Assembly: GCA_044222185.1 (NCBI GenBank) | Contig: JBGANV010000003.1 | Span: 704,001 to 768,000, forward strand | Direction of reading: 5' to 3' | DNA: 64,000 nt | Origin: Planctomycetota bacterium | Lineage (GTDB): Bacteria; Planctomycetota; GCA-002687715; CAIWVZ01 | In this document: positions 28,841-38,214 of the stretch, piece after piece | Layout of the letters: every line of letters starts with the position of its first letter | Position numbering within the stretch: position 1 is the first letter of the stretch | The notes under the pieces: generated by a model | Database searches by the model: none | What the model was told of the DNA's origin: nothing | The model's input: the letters and a program-made list of their open reading frames with translations, nothing else | Made by a program: the position numbers and the translations under genes

Positions 28841-30979
28841 ATGACCATCCGCACACGCAACCTCCGGACTCGGCTCCTCGCCCTGACAGGCGCGATCGCA
28901 GTCGCCATCGTCATCGTCGCCGTCGCATGCCGAGAGTCCACGTCGGCGGGGCAGTCCCCCGCGTCTCCGGCGCGGGTCCAAGTGATGACGTCGGAGTCGG
29001 CCTCGGGCTCGGACACCACGCACACCGCGCAGGTGGCTCCCGTTCAGGTGAAGCCGTTCCACGACGGTGTGGCCCCGTCGAGCCCCAACGGCGGATCGGC
29101 GTCGGTCACGGGATCGGTGATCACCTCCGACGGTCAGCCGGTGCCGGGCGCAGAGGTGGAGATCCAACGCGACCCCACGCGCGGGGACGGCCCTGCGGTG
29201 GATGGCCCTGCGCTCGCAAGGACGACGACCGACTTCGCGGGTCGATTCACCCTCGGCGGCATCGTGGCGAGCGAGGCCTACCTCCTGCGTGTCGAGCACG
29301 AGCGATTCCAGGTCGGCGTGTTCCGCCCCGTTCACACCCAAGTGCCCGCCTCCCTCCATCCCACGATCGTTCTGGAGGACGGCGGCACGCTCAGCGGCGT
29401 CGTGCGCAGTCAGGAGGGCACGCCACTCGGCTCGGCCCGCGTCGCGATCTACAGCTCGTCCGAGCAGGTTCCGCCGGTGGGGCTGCGTTTCGAACGGGCC
29501 GTCGACACGAACCCCGACGGATCGTTCCGCATCGGGCACCTGGCAGCGGGCCCCAAGCGCGTCGTCACCCAGAAGCTCGGCTACGCCACCGAGGTCGTCG
29601 AAGGGTTCCGGTTCTCCGCCGCCCCTGACGAGCGCGCGCTCGAGATCACGCTCGCCTTCGGCTCCACGATCAAGGGCCGTGTCGTCGACGCGACGCGCGG
29701 AACGCCGCTGGCGAACGTCCCTCTGAGCGCCCGCATCGCGGGGCCATCGACCGCGTCCCAAGGACTGGGCAAGGATGGCACGCCGATGGCGGCCGCGCCC
29801 AAAGCCCGCGCCGCGGGGTCGAACCCGCGCATCGATCCGACCGTCGCCATGGTGACGGTCGACGCGAGCGGAACGCGCTCCGTGCAGTTCGCCTATCCGC
29901 AGTGGCTCCGTGATCGAGCGTGGTTCGACCTCTCCGTCACGTCCGACGCCGACGGGACGTTCGAGTTCGTGGGCGTGCATGACGGTGACTACGTGCTCGC
30001 CGTCGCCGACGAGTCGTACTCACAGGGAACCGAATGGCTGGTTCACGCCGGCGACGATGACGTCACGATCGACGTTGCGCCCGGCCTCATCCTCGCGGGT
30101 CGGATCGTCGACGAGGAAACCGGCGCCGCCGTCTCCCCCGCCGTCGTCGCCGTCGGCGGCAGCCCGGAAGCCGGGCTCGTCCCCGCGGAGAAGCGCCACC
30201 AGATCGACGACGGCGACGGGCGGTTCCAGCTCTCGGCCCCGCGGACGAGCGTCTCGTACATCCACGTCTGGGCGAGTGGGTTCGCACCCTTCGTCAGCGG
30301 CCCCTACCTGCCGAACGGCCCGGACCGCGTGGACTCGATCGTCGTCGCGCTGCGCCGCGGTGCGACGATCGACGGGGCGGTCAAGGATTCCGCTGGGCGC
30401 GGCCTGGCGGGCGTCAGCGTCTCTCTCGTCGATCCGCTGCCAGACGCGACGGGAATCGACGACAGCCTCCGCTTCCTGGCGCGGCGGTCGATGGGCGCGC
30501 TCGCCGCGTGCCACGCCGTCACCGACGCGCAGGGGATGTTCAAGATCACCGGAGTCCCGGCGGGGCGCATGGCGATCAAGACCGAACACCCGGAGTTCGC
30601 GGAGATGGTCGGCGCGCCCTTCGTCTGCGGCGGACGCGGAACCGAGCGCATCGCCGACGTCGTCCTCGCGCGCGGTGCCCGACTCGACGGCGTCGTGCGG
30701 GGCCTGCAAGGTCACACCGCACACCTCCTCGTTCGCGGCATGACGCCCGGGTCCCCCGTCCGAACGATCGAGCTGGCGCCGAACGGCGTGTTCCAGTGCG
30801 CCGGTCTGCCGGCCGGCACCTATCAACTCATCACCATGCGTGACGGTCGAAGCGACCCCGCGCAGTTCCTCGCGCAGACGAACGCTGCGCCCAAGATCGA
30901 ACTTCACGAAGGCGAGATCCGCGGAGATCTCGCACTCGGCGAGGAGCCCGTGGCGGCTCCTGAACGCCCGAAGGACTGA
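28841..30979 (+). CDS. Membrane-anchored carboxypeptidase regulatory-like repeat protein
   Basis: N-terminal TM; repeated G.V...G.P..GA.V / TD..G.F modules. Confidence 0.85.
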   Translation: MTIRTRNLRTRLLALTGAIAVAIVIVAVACRESTSAGQSPASPARVQVMTSESASGSDTTHTAQVAPVQVKPFHDGVAPSSPNGGSASVTGSVITSDGQPVPGAEVEIQRDPTRGDGPAVDGPALARTTTDFAGRFTLGGIVASEAYLLRVEHERFQVGVFRPVHTQVPASLHPTIVLEDGGTLSGVVRSQEGTPLGSARVAIYSSSEQVPPVGLRFERAVDTNPDGSFRIGHLAAGPKRVVTQKLGYATEVVEGFRFSAAPDERALEITLAFGSTIKGRVVDATRGTPLANVPLSARIAGPSTASQGLGKDGTPMAAAPKARAAGSNPRIDPTVAMVTVDASGTRSVQFAYPQWLRDRAWFDLSVTSDADGTFEFVGVHDGDYVLAVADESYSQGTEWLVHAGDDDVTIDVAPGLILAGRIVDEETGAAVSPAVVAVGGSPEAGLVPAEKRHQIDDGDGRFQLSAPRTSVSYIHVWASGFAPFVSGPYLPNGPDRVDSIVVALRRGATIDGAVKDSAGRGLAGVSVSLVDPLPDATGIDDSLRFLARRSMGALAACHAVTDAQGMFKITGVPAGRMAIKTEHPEFAEMVGAPFVCGGRGTERIADVVLARGARLDGVVRGLQGHTAHLLVRGMTPGSPVRTIELAPNGVFQCAGLPAGTYQLITMRDGRSDPAQFLAQTNAAPKIELHEGEIRGDLALGEEPVAAPERPKD

Positions 30980-31038
30980 ATCCGCAGTTTCCCGCGCCGG
31001 GCCCACGTCGGCCCGCCCATTCCCAGAAGGAGTCCGTC

Positions 31039-32394
31039 ATGTCACGTCGAATCGCCGTCTGTCTTGCTCTCGCCCTTTCGGTGGTCACCGCTTCCGCGCA
31101 GTTCGCTCACGACCCGGTTTTCGGGATCGCACCCAACTCCCCAGTTCCGCCGTCGGGTACGGGTGGCGGCGCCTGTGGCACGCCACAGAACACTCTGAAC
31201 GTGTCGTTCGTCGGCTCGTTCGTCGGTCTCGTCGGACAGATGAGCGTGACCGTCAACATCGATCACACGTTCGTCGCAGACCTCGTCATCACGCTCACCC
31301 ACGACGGCGTCTCCGTGGTGCTGTCGGACGGCAACAACCTCGCCAACGGAAGCGCGGACCTCCACGGCGCATACGTGTTCGCCGACTTCGCGGCGACCCC
31401 GATCGACGCGGCGTCAGCATCCGCCGGGACGCTCGTGCCGGGCTCCTACCGTCCGGACAACCCGCTTTCGGCATTCGCGTCGACGAGCATGGCTGGGCTC
31501 TGGACTCTGCAGATCTGTGATCGAGCGTCCGCCGACGTCGGCGTCCTCCACTCCGTGTTCATCGACGCCGCGACGCAGGGCACGCAGGTGTCCGACCCGG
31601 CCGTGCCAGCAACGATCCCGCCGTCGGGCACGGGCGGTGGCGCGTGCGGCGCGCCGCAGAACACGTTCACCCACCTGATCAACGTGACCGAGACCGGTCG
31701 CGTCGGCGACGTCGCGGCGTACTTCAACATGACGCACACCTACTCGAGCGACCTCACGATCACGCTCTCGCACTTCGGCGTGACGCGCACGATCTTCAGC
31801 GGCGCGAACGGCACCGGCGGGAACGACTTCAATGGCTTCTACAGCTTCTGGGAGAATCGATTCAGCCTGCTCACCGGCAGCAACGCAGCCGGCGGGACGC
31901 TCACCACCGGCTTCTACCGCAGTCTCCAGGACTTCGCCCCGTTCCACGGCATGGAGATGTCCGGGCCCTGGTACTTGACGATTTGCGACGACGCCGGCGC
32001 CGACACGGGCGTCCTCTCAGCGTTCGAGTTGAGCATCGCACGGCAGGGTTTTGCGATGAACCTCTCCCAGCCGAACGGGTCGGCGGACGTGCGTGCGAAT
32101 GACAGCGCCGGGGCAAGCATCGGCAACGCCTACTTCAACGCCTTCACGCTGAACGGCGGCAACTACCCCTACGGCTGGTTCTACGGGATCGACATCGCGT
32201 ACAGCGATCTCCTCTTCCAGATCAATCTGCCGATCGGGTTCTTCAACGGAACGCTCGACGGGTCCGTCCGCGCCACGTCGACGATCCCCGGCCCGATCCC
32301 TGCCGGTCTGACGGTCTACGGAACGGCGATCGAGATCGAGTCCGGCGCGTTGCGTCAGGTCTCCACTCCGACCGCGCACCAAACCGTCCCGTGA
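31039..32394 (+). CDS. Secreted protein with two proprotein-convertase P-domains and the shared C-terminal domain (paralog 1)
   Basis: Two repeats of V.VNIDHTFVADL.ITL.H...G.W.L.ICD....DVG.L; signal ending TASA|Q; GAAGGAG RBS. Confidence 0.85.
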   Translation: MSRRIAVCLALALSVVTASAQFAHDPVFGIAPNSPVPPSGTGGGACGTPQNTLNVSFVGSFVGLVGQMSVTVNIDHTFVADLVITLTHDGVSVVLSDGNNLANGSADLHGAYVFADFAATPIDAASASAGTLVPGSYRPDNPLSAFASTSMAGLWTLQICDRASADVGVLHSVFIDAATQGTQVSDPAVPATIPPSGTGGGACGAPQNTFTHLINVTETGRVGDVAAYFNMTHTYSSDLTITLSHFGVTRTIFSGANGTGGNDFNGFYSFWENRFSLLTGSNAAGGTLTTGFYRSLQDFAPFHGMEMSGPWYLTICDDAGADTGVLSAFELSIARQGFAMNLSQPNGSADVRANDSAGASIGNAYFNAFTLNGGNYPYGWFYGIDIAYSDLLFQINLPIGFFNGTLDGSVRATSTIPGPIPAGLTVYGTAIEIESGALRQVSTPTAHQTVP

Positions 32395-32551
32395 CCTCGC
32401 GGGTGCTCTCGATCCCCGGCATCGACTCCCGTCGGTCCGGGGATCGCTCGCGTTCGCGGTCCACGACCCCACGCGGATCTCCCGCTTCGCATCCTCCCCG
32501 CGCGCGACCGCAACACACACGCCCGTTCGCATTCGTCCGAAGGAGCCTCCG

Positions 32552-33916
32552 ATGCCGCACCGAACCGCAACCTGTCTTGGCCTCGCCCTGTGTCTCGTCG
32601 TGATGGCGCCCGCCCAGACGGCGCACGGTCCGGCCTTCGGGGCCACACCGAACGCGACGATTCCGCCATCCGGCACCGGGGGCGGCGCCTGCGGCGGGAC
32701 ATCGAACACCTTCGACACGCATGCGACGGCGGCGTTCGCCGGTCTCGTCGGCAGCCTCGTGATCACGGTCGACATCGACCACAGCTATGCCGGCGACGTG
32801 GTCATGACGCTGATCCACGATGGCGTCTCCGTCGTCCTCTCGGACGGAAACAACTTCGCGAGCGGCGGAGGCGCCGACCTTCACGGCGGATACAGCTTCT
32901 CCGACGCGGCACCGACGGCGTTCGACGCGGCGCCCCTCGCACCCGGGGGAAGGCTCGCGGCCGGCACCTATCGGCCCGACAATCCCCTCTCCGCGTTCAC
33001 AGGAGCCGCCGTCGCCGGGATCTGGACGCTCCGCATCTGTGACCGCGCGGCCGGCGACGTCGGCGTGTTGCACTCGACGTTCCTCGACGTCAGAACGCTC
33101 GGCACGCAGGTCAGCGACCCCATCGTCCAGGCGCCGATCCCGCCCTCGGGGACCGGCGGAGGCTCGTGCGGCGCTCCCCCGAACACCTTCACGCACGTCG
33201 TGAACGTCGTGCAGACGGGCCGGGTCGGCGATGTCGCGACATACTTCGACATCACCCATTCCGCGTCGGGTGATCTCACGATCACGCTCAGCCACATGGG
33301 CGTGACGCGCACGATCTTCAGTCCGGCCATTGCCACGGGCGCTCTCGACTTCAACGGGTTCTACAGTTTCTGGGAGAACCGGTTCTCGCCCATCTCGGGC
33401 GCCAATGCGACGAGTGGAGCCCTCAACACGGGCTACTACAGGAGTCTCCAGGACTTCGCCCCGTTCCACGGCATGGAGATGTCGGGCCCCTGGTACCTGA
33501 CGATCTGCGATGGAGGTCCCTTCGACGTCGGCGTGCTGCACGGCTTCGTGCTGAGCATCGCGCGCCAGGGCTTCTCGCTCTCGATTGAGCAGCCCACGGG
33601 ATCGGCGAGCCTCGACGCCGTCGATCGACACGGTGCCGCCACCGGCAATGCCTACTTCAACGTCGTGACGTTGAATGCCGGCAACTACCCCAACGGGTGG
33701 TTCTACGGGATCGACATCGGCTACAGCGATCTCCTGTTCCAGCTCGACCTGCCGATCCCGTTTTTCCATGGAACCCTCGACGCATCGGTGCAGGCCGCGT
33801 CGTCGTTGCCCGGTCCGATCCCAGCCGGCATCCACGCATTCGCCACGGCGATCGAGTTCGAGAACGGGTCATTGCGCCAGGCATCGGCGCCGAGTCAATA
33901 CACCACGCTCCCGTGA
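32552..33916 (+). CDS. Secreted double P-domain protein (paralog 2)
   Basis: Collinear with 31039..32394 over its full length; AAGGAG RBS. Confidence 0.85.
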   Translation: MPHRTATCLGLALCLVVMAPAQTAHGPAFGATPNATIPPSGTGGGACGGTSNTFDTHATAAFAGLVGSLVITVDIDHSYAGDVVMTLIHDGVSVVLSDGNNFASGGGADLHGGYSFSDAAPTAFDAAPLAPGGRLAAGTYRPDNPLSAFTGAAVAGIWTLRICDRAAGDVGVLHSTFLDVRTLGTQVSDPIVQAPIPPSGTGGGSCGAPPNTFTHVVNVVQTGRVGDVATYFDITHSASGDLTITLSHMGVTRTIFSPAIATGALDFNGFYSFWENRFSPISGANATSGALNTGYYRSLQDFAPFHGMEMSGPWYLTICDGGPFDVGVLHGFVLSIARQGFSLSIEQPTGSASLDAVDRHGAATGNAYFNVVTLNAGNYPNGWFYGIDIGYSDLLFQLDLPIPFFHGTLDASVQAASSLPGPIPAGIHAFATAIEFENGSLRQASAPSQYTTLP

Positions 33917-33965
33917 TCGTGCGCGGACACCCGACGTCGTCCGGGTGACGCCACGCACGGGAGCT

Positions 33966-34634
33966 TCACCCGAGTTCGTCAGAGTCGGGACCGACGAGAT
34001 GATCCACGATGGAGGCAGGCAACGTCTGGCGGAGCTTCTCGAGCGCGCGGCGCAACCGCACGGTGACCGTGTTCGGCGCGAGCCCCGTGACGGCTGCGAC
34101 GACCCGAACCGGCTGTTCCTCGATCGCACGGAGCACGACGACGGCACGGTCCGTGGGATCGAGGGATGCGATGGCGGAACGGACGGAGTCGTGGCGCTCG
34201 GCACGGACGGCCCGCGAGACGACACCCGTCGTCTCCGCCGACAGTTCGAGGGCCGCACCGCGTTCCGACCCGCCGTCGACGCCCCGATCCGGCAGGGCGA
34301 TCGCACTCGGCTTCCCTGCGATGTGCTTGTCGTAGAGGTCCCGCACCTGGCGCAGGAGCACGGTCCCGAGGAACCGCATCAGACCGGCGGACGTGCTCCC
34401 GGGTTCGGGACGGTACTCGGGGAGCCGGCGCAGGGCGACCAGCCAGACGTCGTTCACGAGGTCCGTCGGATCCACGAAGCGGCGGAGCGGCGCACCGATC
34501 CGATACTCCGCCTGCATGATCAAAAGGGGCGTGAACCGTTCGACGACCGTCGTCAGATGAGCGAGACTGCCCAGCGACGCGGCGCGGATCACGGCCGAGA
34601 GTTCCCGATCATCCTCGAGGCGGTTTTGAGACAC
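33966..34634 (-). CDS. ECF RNA polymerase sigma factor (kinase-associated type)
   Basis: Region 2 LRRFVDPTDLVNDVW; region 4 AIASLDPTDRAVVVLR...TVTVRLRRALEKLR. Confidence 0.88.
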   Translation of the reverse strand: MSQNRLEDDRELSAVIRAASLGSLAHLTTVVERFTPLLIMQAEYRIGAPLRRFVDPTDLVNDVWLVALRRLPEYRPEPGSTSAGLMRFLGTVLLRQVRDLYDKHIAGKPSAIALPDRGVDGGSERGAALELSAETTGVVSRAVRAERHDSVRSAIASLDPTDRAVVVLRAIEEQPVRVVAAVTGLAPNTVTVRLRRALEKLRQTLPASIVDHLVGPDSDELG

Positions 34635-34684
34635 GGCCGGGAAGTATGCCTCACTTCCGGCGTTTCTGAATAGGATCCTCCCCC

Positions 34685-37243
34685 ATGGACGATCTCAGCT
34701 CCGATCTCGCCATCGAAGTCGCCGTGATGGACGCCATCCTGGACGCGCGGGCGCAGGGACGATCCGTCACCGTCCAGGAGCTCTGCGAACGGTTCCCAGG
34801 GTGCGAGCCCGAGGTTGCCAAGGCGTTCCAGCGCGCGACCGCGCTCGGGTCGACCGACACGGAGATGCCGCGCCACGTCGACGCCGACGCCCCCGTCGCC
34901 AGACACACGCGGGTCGGGCCGTACCGCATCGAGTCGGAACTGGGCCGCGGAGCCCAGGGCGTCGTGTACATGGCGGTCGACGAGCGCCTCGACCGCCGCG
35001 TGGCGCTGAAGATCCTGCTTCCCTCCTGGGCGGCGTCGCCGCGGACGCTCCGCCGATTCGAGAACGAGGCCCGCACGCTCGCCGCCCTGGATCACCCGGG
35101 CATCTGCACGGTTCACGAAGCCGCGACGATCGACGGGACGCCCTTCATCGCCATGCGCCTCGTGGCGGGCGAGTCGCTCGTCGCCCGGATCTCGCACCTT
35201 CGGACGCAGCGCGACGGCGGGCGGCCACTCGCGGCGGACGTGGCGAGTGCGGTCGCGATCATCGAGAAGGTGGCACGCGCGGCCAACGCCGCGCACGAGG
35301 CGGGCGTCATCCACCGGGATCTCAAGCCCGCGAACGTGATCGTGTCCGACGCGGACGAGCCCACCATCCTCGACTTCGGGCTCGCGAGTTCGGCGGAGGA
35401 CGGCGACGGTTCCCTCACGATGAGCGGCGACATCCTCGGGACGCCCGCGTACATGGCACCCGAGCAAGCCGCGGGCAACATGGACGAGGTCGATCGCCGC
35501 GCCGACATCCACGCACTCGGCGTGATCCTCTTCGAGATGACGACGGGACGGCGGCCGTTCGATGCGCCCACGCGGTCCGGCCTGCTCGACGCCGTGTGCA
35601 ACACCGAAGCGCCCGACGCGCGGCGGACGAACCCCGAGGTCGACCGGGACGTGGCGACGGTGATCGCGCGCTGTCTCGCCAAACTTCCGAGCGACCGCTA
35701 CGCCTCCGCGCTCGACCTCGCGGACGACCTTCGACGTGTCCGCCTCCTCGAGCCGATCGCGGCCAGGCCCGTGTCGACTGCCGAGCGCGCGCTGCGCTGG
35801 GTCCGTCGAAACCCGCTGCGGGCGGCCCTGATCACGGTCATCGGCCTGCTTTTCGCCACGCTCATCGCCGGCGGCGCCTGGTACCTCGCCAACCGCGATC
35901 GCCTCGCGAGCCAGGAGGCCGCCGAGCGCCGTGCGCAGGTCGAAGAGGAGCTGGTCGAGGGTTCGACGGCCATGGCTGCGCTGCGCCAGGGTGCCGCCAT
36001 CGCCCACTACGAGGCCGCGCTCCGCCTCGACCCGTCCTCGGTCGAGGCCATCACGGCGCTCGCAATCTGCCTCGTCCGCCGCGGGCACCGGGACGTCGCG
36101 ATCCAACGCCTCGACGAGTTCGGAGGCCGCTTCGGGCGATCCTCGGCATGGTATTCGGCCCGCCGTTTCGCCGGACCCATTCCAAACGATCCCGAACCCC
36201 GTGCCACGAGTCGCCCTGACACCGCGTCGCCGCGTGATGACGTCTCCTGCTTCATCGAATCGATGAAATGCACCGCCGAGAGCGAGATCGGATCGGAGGA
36301 CGGCATCTCGCGCGCCTGCAACTGGCTCGAGGCGGCGATCCAACGGAGCCCGACCCGGCGCCTGCTCTATCTCAACAGCCTCGCGGCGGTCGCCAGCCGC
36401 CTCAACGACCGGACCACGGCGCAGCGCATCGCCGGGACGCTGCGCACCGTGCTCACGGGACCACGCGCCGAGGTACTGGCGGGACTCGCTCTCTGCCGCG
36501 CCGATCCGGACGCAGCGCGCGCAACGTTCGCTCGCGCGGAAGCGCTGGGCGGGAACCAGACGGACATCGGCTACGGGATGTTCACCATCCTCGTGGGCAG
36601 CCGCGACTTCGCCAGCGCCGCCGCACTCATGCGTGACATGCTCGCGCGCCGACCGGACGACGCCACGCTCTACTACAACCTCTCGCTGGCCGAGCTGAAA
36701 CTCGACCACGTCGCGCTGGCACTCGAGGCCGCGCGCCGCGCCGTCGAGCTCCGCCCCGACGTCGCCGCGAACCATGCCCAGGTCGGGATGATCCTGCGCG
36801 ATGGCCTCCAGCAGTTCGCCGCAGCCTCCGTCGAGTTCGAGCGCGCGCTGGCGTGCAGCCCAGCAAACCTCGAGGTCGCGGGCGAGCTGTCGCGCTGCCT
36901 GTCGTTCAAGGGTGACCAGCCGGCCGCGCTTGCGATGGCGCAGCGGGTCATCGACAAGGATCCGCAGAACGTCGTCGCCTGGCGGACGATCGCGCGAGCG
37001 CGCCTGCTTCTCGACGATCCAGAGGCGGGCGAGGCTGCCGCGCGTCACGTCGTCGAGCTCGCTCCGGAGTACGCGATCCACCATTTGGAGCTTGCCCGTG
37101 CCGTCGCGGCGAATGGTGACTTTGAAGGCGCGCGCAAGATCGTCGACGAGTGGTATGAACGGGCCGTCGCTTCGGGGCTCACCAGCTATCTGAACTTCCT
37201 GGAATCGAAATTCCCCGGGCTGGCACCGCCGCGGTCGAAGTGA
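34685..37243 (+). CDS. Ser/Thr protein kinase with TM segment and TPR repeats
   Basis: LGRGAQGVVY, VALK, HRDLKPANV, DFGL, GTPAYMAPEQ; WVRRNP + TM; C-terminal TPR-like helices. Confidence 0.95.
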   Translation: MDDLSSDLAIEVAVMDAILDARAQGRSVTVQELCERFPGCEPEVAKAFQRATALGSTDTEMPRHVDADAPVARHTRVGPYRIESELGRGAQGVVYMAVDERLDRRVALKILLPSWAASPRTLRRFENEARTLAALDHPGICTVHEAATIDGTPFIAMRLVAGESLVARISHLRTQRDGGRPLAADVASAVAIIEKVARAANAAHEAGVIHRDLKPANVIVSDADEPTILDFGLASSAEDGDGSLTMSGDILGTPAYMAPEQAAGNMDEVDRRADIHALGVILFEMTTGRRPFDAPTRSGLLDAVCNTEAPDARRTNPEVDRDVATVIARCLAKLPSDRYASALDLADDLRRVRLLEPIAARPVSTAERALRWVRRNPLRAALITVIGLLFATLIAGGAWYLANRDRLASQEAAERRAQVEEELVEGSTAMAALRQGAAIAHYEAALRLDPSSVEAITALAICLVRRGHRDVAIQRLDEFGGRFGRSSAWYSARRFAGPIPNDPEPRATSRPDTASPRDDVSCFIESMKCTAESEIGSEDGISRACNWLEAAIQRSPTRRLLYLNSLAAVASRLNDRTTAQRIAGTLRTVLTGPRAEVLAGLALCRADPDAARATFARAEALGGNQTDIGYGMFTILVGSRDFASAAALMRDMLARRPDDATLYYNLSLAELKLDHVALALEAARRAVELRPDVAANHAQVGMILRDGLQQFAAASVEFERALACSPANLEVAGELSRCLSFKGDQPAALAMAQRVIDKDPQNVVAWRTIARARLLLDDPEAGEAAARHVVELAPEYAIHHLELARAVAANGDFEGARKIVDEWYERAVASGLTSYLNFLESKFPGLAPPRSK

Positions 37244-37371
37244 CGGGCTCGCCGGGACCGTGGCGTCGTCCGACCCGTCGAGGGCCGAGCACCCCCGTCG
37301 GCTTTGAGGTTGCGGCTTCCGACGGCCGATGAAGAAGCGGCGCCTTCCTCGTTCCGACGGCGCCGCATCCC

Positions 37372-38019
37372 ATGACGCTCTTCGCCGAGATCCATCACTG
37401 GTGCCGTGGCCGCCACTGGCCGGCACGCGCGTTGTTCCTCGCGTGGCTCACGTGGGTCGGCGTCCGCTGCACGGGCGATCGCCGGTTCTGCACCATCTTC
37501 GACGGGATCAACCTGGGGATTCACGAGGGCGGACACGTCATGTTCAGCCCCTTCGGTCGGTTTCTCTACGTCGCTGGCGGAACGATCACCCAACTCGCAG
37601 CGCCGATCGCGGCGGCGTTCATCCTCCGTCGACAGGGCGACTGGTTCGGCGTCGGTGCGACGGGTGTGTGGCTCGCGACGAACTTCTTCGGCGTCGCCGT
37701 GTACTCCGCCGATGCGCGCAGTCAGGCGCTCCCCCTGGTCACCATCGGCGGCGGCGAGGCCTCGCACGATTGGACGTACATGCTCGGCCGGCTCGGCTGG
37801 CTGCGCCACGATCAACTCGTCGCGGGACTGTTCCGCGTCACCGGCCTCGGCGTCCTGTGGCTGTCGCTCGCGTTCATGGCGTGGCTCGTCGTGAACATGA
37901 TCCGTTCTCCCGAGCGAATTCCCGTGCGCCAACGGCGCGCCATCGTTCGCGATCTTCCCCGCAACGCGCCCACGACCCAGCCAGCCAGCGTGCGCACCGA
38001 CCCCGTCGACCCGCGCTGA
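37372..38019 (+). CDS. Membrane protein with HExxH motif (M50B-like)
   Basis: INLGIHEGGH...AGGTITQL...HDWTYML; several TM helices. Confidence 0.75.
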   Translation: MTLFAEIHHWCRGRHWPARALFLAWLTWVGVRCTGDRRFCTIFDGINLGIHEGGHVMFSPFGRFLYVAGGTITQLAAPIAAAFILRRQGDWFGVGATGVWLATNFFGVAVYSADARSQALPLVTIGGGEASHDWTYMLGRLGWLRHDQLVAGLFRVTGLGVLWLSLAFMAWLVVNMIRSPERIPVRQRRAIVRDLPRNAPTTQPASVRTDPVDPR

Positions 38020-38214
38020 CATCGCTCGCACGACATGCGACGTGTGGAAGAACGATGCGCGACGCCGCCGCGACGTTGACGGCTGCACGTGACCACATCT
38101 ACGATCACGCCCCGTCGGGGCAGTGCGTTTGGAGCGGGAGGGTATGCGATGAGGAAGCAGCGGGAATCATCCGTCGTCGGTGCGATGACGAGGCACGACG
38201 GGAGGAGAACGAGC

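Noticed and set aside
31039-33916. Paralog pair as a diversity-generating retroelement template/variable repeat
   Set aside because: Both copies are full-length genes, the differences are not adenine-specific, and no reverse transcriptase is present.
34589-37426. Very long antisense ORFs (945 aa here; also 4248..6800, 22038..24335, 24287..26878, 55704..57701)
   Set aside because: Arg/Ala/Gly-rich shadow frames opposite well-supported genes, expected at this GC content; no recognisable motifs.
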